64,000 bases of DNA, from contig CAYZYT010000010.1 of the NCBI GenBank assembly GCA_964482725.1, positions 15,794 through 79,793 on the forward strand. The letters run 5' to 3'. The DNA is from an uncultured bacterium (lineage in GTDB: Bacteria; Omnitrophota; Omnitrophia; Omnitrophales; Aquincolibacteriaceae). Position numbers and translations under genes: made by a program. The stretch's first letter is position 1. Each line of letters starts with the position of its first letter. Of the stretch, positions 48,519 to 57,487 are shown piece after piece. The notes under the pieces are model-generated. The model searched no databases, had not been told where the DNA came from, and saw only the letters and a list, made by a program, of their open reading frames with translations.

Positions 48519-49592
48519 GTGATAGCAACGCCTGGAGTGATCAAGATCGATAGTCATGATCCGGATATGACGCGGATCCGGGAAGTGGCCCATGCTTGCA
48601 AAGAGGGCAAGGTTATTGCGTTTCCCACGGAAACGGTTTATGGGATCGGCGGGCGGATGAGCGCGCCCGCGATCGAAAAGCGTCTCCGTGAGATCAAGGG
48701 GCGTTCGGATACAAAACCCTTTTCCTATCACATCGGGGACTGGGGGATGCTGGACACTCTCAAGGTCAAGAAAACGCCGCTTGTTCGTGCGATGGCCCGG
48801 CAGTTTTGGCCCGGGCCGGTGACTTTGGTCGTTTTAGATAGGGCCGGTCACAAGATCGGGATACGATTTCCGAAGAACAAGATCGCGCTTGCTTTGATCC
48901 AGGAAGTCGGGGAGCCGCTTATCGCGACCAGCGCGAACCTAAGCGAAAAACCGTCGCCGCATACGGCGCACCAGGTGGTGGAACAATTGCAAGGCGCCTT
49001 CGATCAACTGATCGATGGCGGCAGGACCGAGCTGATGCTCGATTCGACGGTCGTGGATGTTACGGGAGAAATTCCTGTCGTTCTCCGTAAAGGAGCGCAG
49101 GGCGCGGAGGTGGAGAAGACGGTCGGAAAGATGAACTCCGGGAAATGTCCGCGCAAACATATCTTGATCGTTTGTACCGGGAATTCTTGTCGTTCCCCGA
49201 TGGCGGAAGGGTGGCTCAGGCACGAGATCGAGAAAATGGGATTGTCCTCCGAGATCGAGGTGTTTTCCTGCGGGACGAACGCGCGGGACGGACTCCCGTG
49301 TACGTCAGAGGCGGAACTCGTGTTGCGCAATCGTGAGATCGACATGAGCGGGTTTCGCAGCCGGCGCTGTCGAAAAGGAGATCTGTGGAGCTCGGATCTG
49401 GTTCTTGCGATGGCGGAACAGCATGCGGAAGATGTTGCGGCGATGCTGCCCGCGGTGCGGGAAAAGACGATCACGTTGAATGTGGAAGACCCGATCGGCA
49501 TGGGGATGCAGGTTTATGAAAAAACCTTGCTTGATATCGAATCAAAAATGAAACAACATATGAACCAGATCCTCCGGTTGGAGCAACCTTAA
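48519..49592 (+). CDS. tsaC: fusion protein: L-threonylcarbamoyladenylate synthase (TsaC/YrdC/YwlC domain) + low-molecular-weight protein phosphatase (LMW-PTP/YwlE-like)
   Basis: GTG start chosen after the purE stop (the ORF-track start at 48252 overlaps purE out of frame; alternative ATG at 48567); YrdC motif 'KVIAFPTETVYGIG'; LMW-PTP P-loop 'CTGNSCRS'. Confidence 0.72.
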   Translation: MIATPGVIKIDSHDPDMTRIREVAHACKEGKVIAFPTETVYGIGGRMSAPAIEKRLREIKGRSDTKPFSYHIGDWGMLDTLKVKKTPLVRAMARQFWPGPVTLVVLDRAGHKIGIRFPKNKIALALIQEVGEPLIATSANLSEKPSPHTAHQVVEQLQGAFDQLIDGGRTELMLDSTVVDVTGEIPVVLRKGAQGAEVEKTVGKMNSGKCPRKHILIVCTGNSCRSPMAEGWLRHEIEKMGLSSEIEVFSCGTNARDGLPCTSEAELVLRNREIDMSGFRSRRCRKGDLWSSDLVLAMAEQHAEDVAAMLPAVREKTITLNVEDPIGMGMQVYEKTLLDIESKMKQHMNQILRLEQP

Positions 49593-49603
49593 AGGCGGAA
49601 ATT

Positions 49604-50074
49604 ATGATGAAACCTAAGATCGCAGTCGCGACCGATCACCGCGGCATTCAGCTGAAGAGCGCGTTAATTGATTTTCTTAAGAACAAGAATTTTGAGGTGG
49701 TCGACTGTGGCGCCTTTACCGACGAATCCTGCGATTATCCGGATTTTATTTTTGCCGCGGCTGAGAAAGTCGCCAGCAAAGAATGCCACCGGGCGATCGG
49801 GATCTGCTATACAGGGATCGGGAGCACGATCGCGGCCAATAAGGTGAGCGGTGTTCGCGCGGCGCTTTGCCAGAATATCGAACAGGCACGTCTTTCCCGC
49901 GGCCATAATGACTCCAATATGTTAATCCTCGGCTCGGGGTTTTTGCCGCAGGATATTATTTTTCCGCTCGTCGATACTTGGCTCAATACACCATTTGAAA
50001 GGGGTCGCCATGAGGTCCGTGTTAACAAAATTAGGGCTTATGAAAAGAAGCATTGTCGATCAAACGCAGCTTAA
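49604..50074 (+). CDS. rpiB: ribose-5-phosphate isomerase B
   Basis: '[14 protein letters not shown]', '[15 protein letters not shown]' RpiB/LacAB motifs. Confidence 0.85.
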   Translation: MMKPKIAVATDHRGIQLKSALIDFLKNKNFEVVDCGAFTDESCDYPDFIFAAAEKVASKECHRAIGICYTGIGSTIAANKVSGVRAALCQNIEQARLSRGHNDSNMLILGSGFLPQDIIFPLVDTWLNTPFERGRHEVRVNKIRAYEKKHCRSNAA

Positions 50075-51305
50075 GAGGACCGATCCGGATATTTACAATG
50101 CCATCCGGGCGGAAGTTCGCCGGCAGAACGAAAATATCGAGCTGATCGCGAGCGAGAATTTCACTTCGATGTCTGTCCTCGAGGCGATGGGTTCGGTCTT
50201 GACGAATAAATACGCGGAAGGGTATCCGACGAAGCGTTGGTACGGCGGTTGCGAAAATGTGGACGTGGTCGAGCAGCTTGCGATCGATCGCGCGAAGCAG
50301 CTCTTCGGAGCCGAGCACGCGAATGTTCAACCCCATAGCGGGACTTCGGCCAATATCGCGGTCTTTATGGCGCTCTTGGAACCGGGAGATAAGATCCTGG
50401 GCATGGATCTGACGCATGGCGGTCATTTGTCGCATGGCCATAAAATGAATTATTCCGGGAAATTTTATACGATCATTCCGTATGGGGTCAGTCCGAAAGA
50501 CGAACAGATCGATTATGATGCTCTCGAGCAGCTGGCGAAAGAGCATAAGCCCAAGATGATCCTTTTGGGCGCTTCGGCGTATCCGCGGATCATTGATTTT
50601 GCGCGCGGCCGGAAGATCGCCGACCAGGTCGGGGCGCTTTTGATGGTGGATATGGCGCATTTCGCGGGCCTTGTGGCCACGGGGCATCACCCTAGTCCGG
50701 TGCCTTACGCGGATGTGGTGACCACGACGACGCATAAAACACTTCGCGGCCCTCGCGCGGGTCTCATCCTCTGCAAAGAAAAATACGCGAAAGCGATCGA
50801 TTCCGCCGTGTTCCCGGGGATCCAGGGTGGACCGCTCATGCACGTGATCGCGGCGAAGGCCGTGGCGCTCAAGGAGGCCTTAAGCCCCGAGTTTAAAGAA
50901 TATAGTGCTCAGGTCGTGAAGAATGCCAAGACCCTTGCGAGCGCGATGGCGGCGCGCGGTTGGAGGATCGTTTCCGGTGGCACGGATAATCATTTGATGC
51001 TTGTCGACGTGACGGTGAAGGGCTTTAACGGTAAGCAGGTCCAGGAGCTTCTGGATAAAGTGAAGATCACGGTGAACAAGAACATGATTCCGTTCGACAA
51101 GGAATCGCCTTTCAAGGGCTCCGGGGTTCGGCTGGGAACGCCCGCGGTGACGACTCGTGGAATGAAAGAGAAAGAGATGGAGCTGATTGCCGAACTCATC
51201 GATGAAACGCTTAAGGCTCCCGCGGACGAAGCGAATCTCGCGAGCGTTCTTTTTCGGGTCGAAGCCCTAACTCAAAAGTTCCCGCTTTATCCGGAGCTTC
51301 AATAG
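50040..51305 (+). CDS. glyA: serine hydroxymethyltransferase
   Basis: Start at the third in-frame ATG (50040), matching the usual GlyA N-terminal length; 'ELIASENF', PLP-lysine region '[12 protein letters not shown]'. Confidence 0.9.
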   Translation: MKRSIVDQTQLKRTDPDIYNAIRAEVRRQNENIELIASENFTSMSVLEAMGSVLTNKYAEGYPTKRWYGGCENVDVVEQLAIDRAKQLFGAEHANVQPHSGTSANIAVFMALLEPGDKILGMDLTHGGHLSHGHKMNYSGKFYTIIPYGVSPKDEQIDYDALEQLAKEHKPKMILLGASAYPRIIDFARGRKIADQVGALLMVDMAHFAGLVATGHHPSPVPYADVVTTTTHKTLRGPRAGLILCKEKYAKAIDSAVFPGIQGGPLMHVIAAKAVALKEALSPEFKEYSAQVVKNAKTLASAMAARGWRIVSGGTDNHLMLVDVTVKGFNGKQVQELLDKVKITVNKNMIPFDKESPFKGSGVRLGTPAVTTRGMKEKEMELIAELIDETLKAPADEANLASVLFRVEALTQKFPLYPELQ

Positions 51306-51320
51306 AAGAAAAGAGATCTC

Positions 51321-51779
51321 ATGCGTTGTCCTTTCTGCAAGCAGGATTCTGATAAGGTGATCGATTCGCGTGCCGCGAATGAAGGGGAAGTCGTCCGCCG
51401 AAGGCGCGAGTGTACAGCGTGCAGTAAGCGATTCACGACTTATGAGCGGGTCGAGGAGATTCCGATGTTCGTCGTAAAAAAAGACCAGCGGCGTGAGGCG
51501 TATGAGCGCTCCAAGGTGCTTGCCGGGGTCTACAAGGCTTGTGAAAAACGTCCCGTGCCGCTCGCGGCTCAGGAAAAGGTGGCGGATGATCTCGAGACCA
51601 CGATCCGCGAAAAATATGACAGGGAAGTTCCTTCCCGAATCATCGGGGAATTTATCATGCAACGGCTCGCCAAGATCGATCAGGTGGCGTATGTGCGGTT
51701 TGCCAGTGTCTACCGCGATTTTCAGGATGTGAGTCATTTTATGAAAGAACTGAAGTTTCTGCTGGCGAAGCCGAAATAA
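51321..51779 (+). CDS. nrdR: transcriptional repressor NrdR
   Basis: 'MRCPFCKQDSDKVIDSRAA...RRRECTACSKRFTTYE' zinc ribbon plus ATP-cone. Confidence 0.9.
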   Translation: MRCPFCKQDSDKVIDSRAANEGEVVRRRRECTACSKRFTTYERVEEIPMFVVKKDQRREAYERSKVLAGVYKACEKRPVPLAAQEKVADDLETTIREKYDREVPSRIIGEFIMQRLAKIDQVAYVRFASVYRDFQDVSHFMKELKFLLAKPK

Positions 51780-51943
51780 TCTTTTAATATACGGTAGCCT
51801 TATTTAACAAAAGAGACTTAGACGGAAAAGCTTTATTGTTGTCTTTGAAACTGTATTGTATGATATCAACCTAGTAAAGCCGTGGGCGCGGGTCCGGGAC
51901 ATCGGATGCGGGAACTCGGTTCAAACCAAAAGGAGAAAGCATT

Positions 51944-52198
51944 ATGGCGAAAGCGAATTCAGCGTTTATGAAGCCGATGAATATCAGTGAAGAGCTCGCG
52001 ATTGTGGTCGGCAAGGGACCGATGCCTCGCAGCGAAGTCGTGAAAAAACTTTGGGAATACATCAAGAAGAATAAGCTTCAAGATGAGAAGAACAGGCGCA
52101 ATATCAACGGGGATGCCGCGCTCAAGACTGTGTTCGGTGGCAAGTCGGTCGTCAATATGTTCGAGATGACCAAGCTCGTCAGCAAGCACCTTTCTTAA
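51944..52198 (+). CDS. SWIB/MDM2-domain protein (chlamydial-type)
   Basis: 'NSAFMKPMNISEELAIVVGKGPMPRSEVVKKLWEYIKKNKLQD...NRRNINGD...MFEMTKLVSKHL' closely resembles bacterial standalone SWIB proteins. Confidence 0.8.
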   Translation: MAKANSAFMKPMNISEELAIVVGKGPMPRSEVVKKLWEYIKKNKLQDEKNRRNINGDAALKTVFGGKSVVNMFEMTKLVSKHLS

Positions 52199-52219
52199 GG
52201 CCTCTTTCGTTTTTCATCG

Positions 52220-52310
52220 CTCTGCCCCCCGTTGCAAAACGGAGGACAGAGTCCATGTAAAAGTTGGGCGGGAGGAAAGGATCTGGAAGGGAAACTTCCG
52301 GATCCTTTCC
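52220..52310 (+). terminator. stacked hairpins downstream of SWIB-1 (imperfect 12-bp hairpin, then a 16-bp compound hairpin with GGAAA loop), followed by a T-rich tract
   Basis: ctctgcccccg...cggaggacagag; ggaaaggatc-t-ggaag-ggaaa-cttcc-g-gatcctttcc. Confidence 0.4.
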
Positions 52311-52394
52311 GGCCCGAGACTTTCGGGTGGTTCAACAGGAATTTTCGTTTCTCTTTTTTTTAGCTGAAGACAAAAAGATTATGAAAAGGGCTTT

Positions 52395-53342
52395 ATGGGC
52401 AAGCTGGGTATCCTTTTAGCATTTCTGCTTTCCGTTGCCGCCGCGGGTGGCTCTTACTATTTGTATCAAGGTTGGGTCGAAGAACGTACTGTGCGTAGCA
52501 GCGTTGAAGCCAAGTACGATCAGGTCAAAGAAAAAATGATCACCGTCCAGTCCGAGAAAGATCAGATCAAGGCTGAGAAAGAACAAATTTCTGCGGAGAA
52601 AGATCAGATCACGGCCAAAAGCGAAGAATATCGCACCAAGGCCGAAGCGATGCAGGCTCAGCTTGAGAAACTTCAAACCGAACAAACTCGTATTGATTCC
52701 GAGAAAGCGGTTCTCGAAAAGCAGCTGAAGAGCCATCAGGAGATGATTGCGGAGCTTCAGACGAAAATGGGAGAGCTTGAGAAAAAGGCCAAGGAAGCTC
52801 AAGCCGCCTGCGGAGTGACTCCCGCCGACCTGAAGACGGATCCTTTTTATGCACCCCAATCTTTTACAAGTCCAGCAGCCTCCACAACGTCTTCGGGGGG
52901 GGCAGGACCTTCGCCGCTTGTTTTTAAACCGGTCACTTCCATCGGGACAAACGCTGTCAGCGCGTCTATGCCGGAACCTTCAGCTCCCGCGAGTGTGGTC
53001 CCTGCAGTTCAAGCTGTTTCTGTGATCACAGGGACGTCTGTTTCTGAGGCTCCGAAAGTTACAGCCCCGGAGCCTGTGCCATCTCCTGACGTCTCTGTAG
53101 CTGCCGGGGCAACGGCAGGCGCTAAAGTCCTCACGGTGAACCGCAAATTTAATTTTGTGGTTATCAACCAGGGCCTTCAGGAAGGGCTCAAGATGGGGGA
53201 CAAACTGAAGGTCTTCAAACAAGGCAAGGAGAGCGCGACGGTCCAGATCGAAAAACTCTATGACAAGTTTTCTGCGGCCACCCTTGTGGAAGAAGACCCC
53301 AAGCAGCAGGTCGTTGAAGGCGATGAGATTCGCAAGGCCTAA
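52395..53342 (+). CDS. membrane-anchored coiled-coil protein with Ser/Ala/Pro-rich linker and C-terminal beta-rich domain
   Basis: N-terminal TM helix; repeats 'EKDQIKAEKEQISAEKDQI'; low-complexity SAP linker; C-terminal 'VNRKFNFVVINQGLQEGLKMGDKLKV'. Confidence 0.5.
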   Translation: MGKLGILLAFLLSVAAAGGSYYLYQGWVEERTVRSSVEAKYDQVKEKMITVQSEKDQIKAEKEQISAEKDQITAKSEEYRTKAEAMQAQLEKLQTEQTRIDSEKAVLEKQLKSHQEMIAELQTKMGELEKKAKEAQAACGVTPADLKTDPFYAPQSFTSPAASTTSSGGAGPSPLVFKPVTSIGTNAVSASMPEPSAPASVVPAVQAVSVITGTSVSEAPKVTAPEPVPSPDVSVAAGATAGAKVLTVNRKFNFVVINQGLQEGLKMGDKLKVFKQGKESATVQIEKLYDKFSAATLVEEDPKQQVVEGDEIRKA

Positions 53343-53559
53343 GCTTCTTATCTTATCCTTGTTCCTGGGGGGGGTTTTTGTGGTTTCCTCAGCGTTCGCG
53401 GCCGAAGAACAGCCCTGGGCCACGCAAATGAAGAGCGATCTCAGCGATATTAAAACTCGTTTGGCGACCCTTGAGGAACGCCAGAAAGAGATCATCGCCA
53501 AAGAAGATAAGATACTCCAAGAGCTCGATCGCATTCGTATGTGGGTCCACAAGAGATAA
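53323..53559 (+). CDS. small secreted coiled-coil protein
   Basis: ATG at 53323; signal peptide '...SSAFA|AEE'; short amphipathic helix; same architecture as the 37720..37998 product. Confidence 0.35.
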   Translation: MRFARPKLLILSLFLGGVFVVSSAFAAEEQPWATQMKSDLSDIKTRLATLEERQKEIIAKEDKILQELDRIRMWVHKR

Positions 53560-53568
53560 TCTTTTTTC

Positions 53569-54861
53569 ATGTCCTCCCTTTCATTTACAGGTCCCGGCCA
53601 GTTCCGCGGGACTTACGCCCCTCCGGGTGATAAATCTATTTCCCACCGAGCGATCCTTTTTGGTGCTTTATCCGAAGGGGAGAGCGTCTACGAGAATTTC
53701 CTGGAAGCTGAGGATTGTCTTCATACTCTGGAGGCGATGCGCCGGATGGGCGTTCAGATCCAACATGAAAAAGGAACGGGACAGGTCCGGATATCAGGGA
53801 AGGGCCTTCATAAACTTTCCGCTCCGGGCCAGGAACTTTATCTCGGAAATTCCGGGACTTCTATGAGGCTTCTCCTGGGGATCCTGGCGGGTCAACGGTT
53901 TGAAACCGTGCTTACCGGGGATCCCTCTCTTTCAGTCCGGCCCATGCGCCGTGTGACGGATCCCTTGAAACAGATGGGCGCACAGATCAAGGGCAAAGAG
54001 AATGGCAACTTCGCGCCGCTTACGATCCGTGGCGGCAAACTTCGCGGGATCGATTTTGATAATAAACTTTCGAGTGCGCAGGTCAAGTCTGCGCTGCTTT
54101 TCGCCGGGATGTTCGCCGAAGGAAGAACCATGGTTCGTGAGGCGATTCCCTCGAGGGATCACACGGAACGGTTTCTTGAGGCCGCCGGGGCGCGTTTTCA
54201 AAAAATCGATAACCATCTGATCGTTGAAAAGACGGAAATGCTTTTGCCGTTGCACGCGCGTGTTGCGGGCGATATTTCATCCGCTGCTTTTTTTATCGTA
54301 GGAGCGGCGATGATCCCGGGCTCTGAGTTGACCGTTCTGGATGTGGGGCTCAATCCCACACGGACCGGACTTCTCGAAGTTCTAAAACGCATGGGCGCGA
54401 AGATTGAAATCGAAGTCAAGCAAACGGTTCCGGAACCGATGGGGACGATCCACGTGTGTGGCGCGAAACTGAAAGGTACAGGGATCACGCACGGGGAGAT
54501 CCCGTCCCTGATCGATGAACTCCCGGTCCTGATGGTCGCGATGGCACTTGCGGAAGGGGAAAGCCTTATTTCAGGTGCGGCGGAGCTACGCGTCAAAGAA
54601 ACCGATCGTATTCAATCCATGGTTCGGAATCTTAAGGCGATCGGAGCGTCGATCGAAGAGCTTCCGGATGGGTCTCTTATAAGGGGAGTGGAGAAATTTC
54701 ACGGCGCCACGGTCGAGAGTTTTGGAGATCACCGGACGGCGATGAGTATGGGGGTGGCCAGCCTCGCTTCGGAGGGAACGATCGAAGTCACGGACACGGC
54801 ATGCATCGCGACTTCTTACCCCGCTTTCATGGACCCTTTTCTCCGGTTGCTCAAGTCCTGA
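53569..54861 (+). CDS. aroA: 3-phosphoshikimate 1-carboxyvinyltransferase (EPSP synthase)
   Basis: 'GDKSISHRAILFGALSEGES', 'LGNSGTSMRLL' EPSP synthase motifs. Confidence 0.9.
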   Translation: MSSLSFTGPGQFRGTYAPPGDKSISHRAILFGALSEGESVYENFLEAEDCLHTLEAMRRMGVQIQHEKGTGQVRISGKGLHKLSAPGQELYLGNSGTSMRLLLGILAGQRFETVLTGDPSLSVRPMRRVTDPLKQMGAQIKGKENGNFAPLTIRGGKLRGIDFDNKLSSAQVKSALLFAGMFAEGRTMVREAIPSRDHTERFLEAAGARFQKIDNHLIVEKTEMLLPLHARVAGDISSAAFFIVGAAMIPGSELTVLDVGLNPTRTGLLEVLKRMGAKIEIEVKQTVPEPMGTIHVCGAKLKGTGITHGEIPSLIDELPVLMVAMALAEGESLISGAAELRVKETDRIQSMVRNLKAIGASIEELPDGSLIRGVEKFHGATVESFGDHRTAMSMGVASLASEGTIEVTDTACIATSYPAFMDPFLRLLKS

Positions 54862-54963
54862 AAAAATGCGAGTTTGTTTTGGTTTGACAGTGAAAAAAGC
54901 TTTCGATATACTACGGCCTCTATAAACGCTAGCCCACACAACAGATACGAAAAGGCAGAGCCT

Positions 54964-56016
54964 ATGTTTTTGATCGATCGATTGTTAGGATTCTTTTCCA
55001 GCGATATTGGTATCGACCTCGGAACCGCAAACACCCTCGTTTACGTTAAAGGCCAAGGTGTTGTGTTGTGTGAGCCTTCCGTGGTTGCCATTGACCGTAC
55101 GACCCACCAGGTTCTTGCTGTCGGGGAAGAGGCCAAGCGCATGCTCGGCCGAACGCCCGGCAACATCGTGGCCATCCGTCCTATGAAAGACGGCGTCATC
55201 GCGGACTTTGATATCACCGAAGCGATGCTCCGTTATTTTATCCGTAAAGTTCATCGCCGCAAAACGGGTATCAGCCCGCGTGTTGTGATCGCGGTTCCTA
55301 GCGGTATTACCGAAGTCGAAAAGCGCGCCGTGAAAGATTCTGCGGAACGGGCCGGAGCTCGCACGCCGGTTTATCTTGTGGAAGAACCTATCGCTGCGGC
55401 GATTGGTGTTGGGCTTCCGATCCATGAGCCGGCCGGGAATATGATCATTGATATCGGCGGCGGGACGACCGAGATCGCCGTGATCTCTCTTTCAGGGATC
55501 GTGTTTGCCAAAAGCATTCGTATCGGCGGCGACGAATTTGATGAGTCGATCATGTCGCATCTGAAGAAGGCCTATAATTTGATGATCGGGGAGCGCACAG
55601 CCGAAGAGATCAAGATCCGCATCGGTTCCGCGTACCCGCTCGAAGAAGAAACGACTCTGGATGTCAAAGGACGCGATGTCCTCGCCGGATTGCCGAAAAC
55701 GATCAGTGTCACAAGCGAAGAGATCCGGGAAGCTCTCTCTGAGCCGCTTTCCTCTATTCTCGAAGCTGTTCGCATTGCGCTGGAGCGGACACCGCCGGAA
55801 TTATCTGCGGATCTGATCGATCGGGGTTTGATCTTAGCCGGAGGAGGATCTCTTTTGAGGGGATTTGACAAGTTGATCAGCGAAGAAACAGGGCTTCCTG
55901 TTCACATCGCGGATGATCCTCTCACCGCCGTGGCGCTTGGTACGGGTCGTTATTTGAGCGATTTCCACCTTCTGAAGCGTTTGACGGTGAATAGCAATGC
56001 TACTCGGGAATACTAG
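54964..56016 (+). CDS. mreB: rod shape-determining protein MreB
   Basis: ATG at 54964 '[28 protein letters not shown]' canonical MreB N-terminus (the ORF-track start at 54874 adds an unsupported extension). Confidence 0.9.
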   Translation: MFLIDRLLGFFSSDIGIDLGTANTLVYVKGQGVVLCEPSVVAIDRTTHQVLAVGEEAKRMLGRTPGNIVAIRPMKDGVIADFDITEAMLRYFIRKVHRRKTGISPRVVIAVPSGITEVEKRAVKDSAERAGARTPVYLVEEPIAAAIGVGLPIHEPAGNMIIDIGGGTTEIAVISLSGIVFAKSIRIGGDEFDESIMSHLKKAYNLMIGERTAEEIKIRIGSAYPLEEETTLDVKGRDVLAGLPKTISVTSEEIREALSEPLSSILEAVRIALERTPPELSADLIDRGLILAGGGSLLRGFDKLISEETGLPVHIADDPLTAVALGTGRYLSDFHLLKRLTVNSNATREY

Positions 56017-56174
56017 AGCGCTGCGTTTCTATTGATTTTATGAGGTTGCAGTGCTTAGCCGCTAACTCATAAAAACAAATAAAAACGGTGCTGTTTTTTT
56101 TTCTCTTTTAGCGCCCCTCCGAAAGTGGCCTCCTGCAGCTGAAGTAGACGTTTTTTCAGGATCTTTTCTGTCTT

Positions 56175-56999
56175 GTGCTTATCGGAGATGTTGCCCTCAT
56201 GCGGCGCTGGCGTTCGTATTATTTTATTGCGGTTCCCGTCATTGTCCTCATCGCTTTCTCCCAATACCCCCGGTTGAACGAGTCCGTCCATTCTGTTTTT
56301 TCCACTCTTGCGCGGCCCGCGTTCGCGTTCGGAAGCAGTCTGCGGGAAGGCTTCTATGCGATTCGTTATCAATCTGGCAATTTTTTTGATGCCGTGGGAA
56401 AACAGAAGGAATATCTCGCGCGCATTCAAGAACTTGAGGGTCTGCTGATCCGTTCTCGTGAAGTGGATCGGGAGAACCAGCGGCTCAAGAAGCTTCTCAA
56501 CTTCAGTCTTCCTCTGGCCACGCGCACCATCGGTGCACGGGTGATCGGGGAGGATGTAACGCCTTGGAAAAAAGTGGTTCTTCTTGATAAGGGAAGTCGT
56601 CACAATCTCAAGAAGGATCTAGCGCTGGTGGTGCCAGAAGGGTTGGTGGGACGCATTCTGGAAGTCGAGCCTTACACAGCTCACGCGATCCTTTTGCCCG
56701 ATCCGGATTGCCGTGTGAGCGCATTGACCGCGACAAGCCGTGCGCAGGGAATCGTCGCCGGGACCGGCACCGATAAGCTTCAAATGAAATATCTGGCGCT
56801 GGATGCCGAGATTGAGATCGGGGAGGATGTAACCACCTCCGGTGTTGGGAGTATTTTTCCTAAGGGACTTCTGATCGGAAAGATCGAATCCATTGAACGC
56901 GACGGCGATGGTCTGCATCTTCTCGCCCTCGTCAAACCTTCCGTACCTTTTTCCAAGCTTGAGGAAGTGCTATGTCTCGTCTCGCCTCTGCAAAAGTAA
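56175..56999 (+). CDS. mreC: rod shape-determining protein MreC
   Basis: N-terminal TM helix, coiled coil, C-terminal beta domains with 'VVTSGVGSIFPKGLLIGKI' MreC motif. Confidence 0.8.
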   Translation: MLIGDVALMRRWRSYYFIAVPVIVLIAFSQYPRLNESVHSVFSTLARPAFAFGSSLREGFYAIRYQSGNFFDAVGKQKEYLARIQELEGLLIRSREVDRENQRLKKLLNFSLPLATRTIGARVIGEDVTPWKKVVLLDKGSRHNLKKDLALVVPEGLVGRILEVEPYTAHAILLPDPDCRVSALTATSRAQGIVAGTGTDKLQMKYLALDAEIEIGEDVTTSGVGSIFPKGLLIGKIESIERDGDGLHLLALVKPSVPFSKLEEVLCLVSPLQK

Positions 57000-57487
57000 T
57001 TCTCTATTTTCTCTTCCTCGCGGTCCTGGACGGGTCGGTGATGCCAGCCTTTCAGATCCGTTCGGTGTATCCCAGTTTCCTGTACCTCTTCATTTGTTAT
57101 GCTGCTTTTGAGTGGGGGGCTCCCAAGACCGTTTATGTTGCGTTTTGGGCGGGACTTTTAAGGGATTTTCTTGGGGGCGGTGTGATCGGGCTCGAAGCGA
57201 CCCTTCTGGTCACTTTAGCTCTTGCGCTCGATTTTTTAGTCCAAAAAATGGAACGGCAATTGCCGGGGATCTATTTTATCGTCACGTTCCTTTTTGTTTT
57301 TTGCGCCGGAGTTCTAAGACTTCTGGTGAGTTCCGTGGGCGAATTGCCGCCGTCTCTCGTCTGGAGGTATTTGGGGTTGATCGCGATGACCGCGCTTTAC
57401 ACGAGCGCGCTCTTGCCTCTCTTTAATTTCCTGACGAACCGGTGGCTGGGGTCTAGCGCTGCCCGGCAATATGAGCTTTTCCGCTGA
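56972..57487 (+). CDS. mreD: rod shape-determining protein MreD
   Basis: Five-TM small hydrophobic protein between mreC and mrdA. Confidence 0.6.
   Translation: MSRLASAKVILYFLFLAVLDGSVMPAFQIRSVYPSFLYLFICYAAFEWGAPKTVYVAFWAGLLRDFLGGGVIGLEATLLVTLALALDFLVQKMERQLPGIYFIVTFLFVFCAGVLRLLVSSVGELPPSLVWRYLGLIAMTALYTSALLPLFNFLTNRWLGSSAARQYELFR

Noticed and set aside
50031-50843. 270-aa minus-strand ORF within glyA
   Set aside because: Antisense shadow of serine hydroxymethyltransferase.
54874-54963. Upstream extension of mreB
   Set aside because: The canonical MreB N-terminus begins at the ATG at 54964 with a proper spacer. The extension encodes an unconserved peptide.
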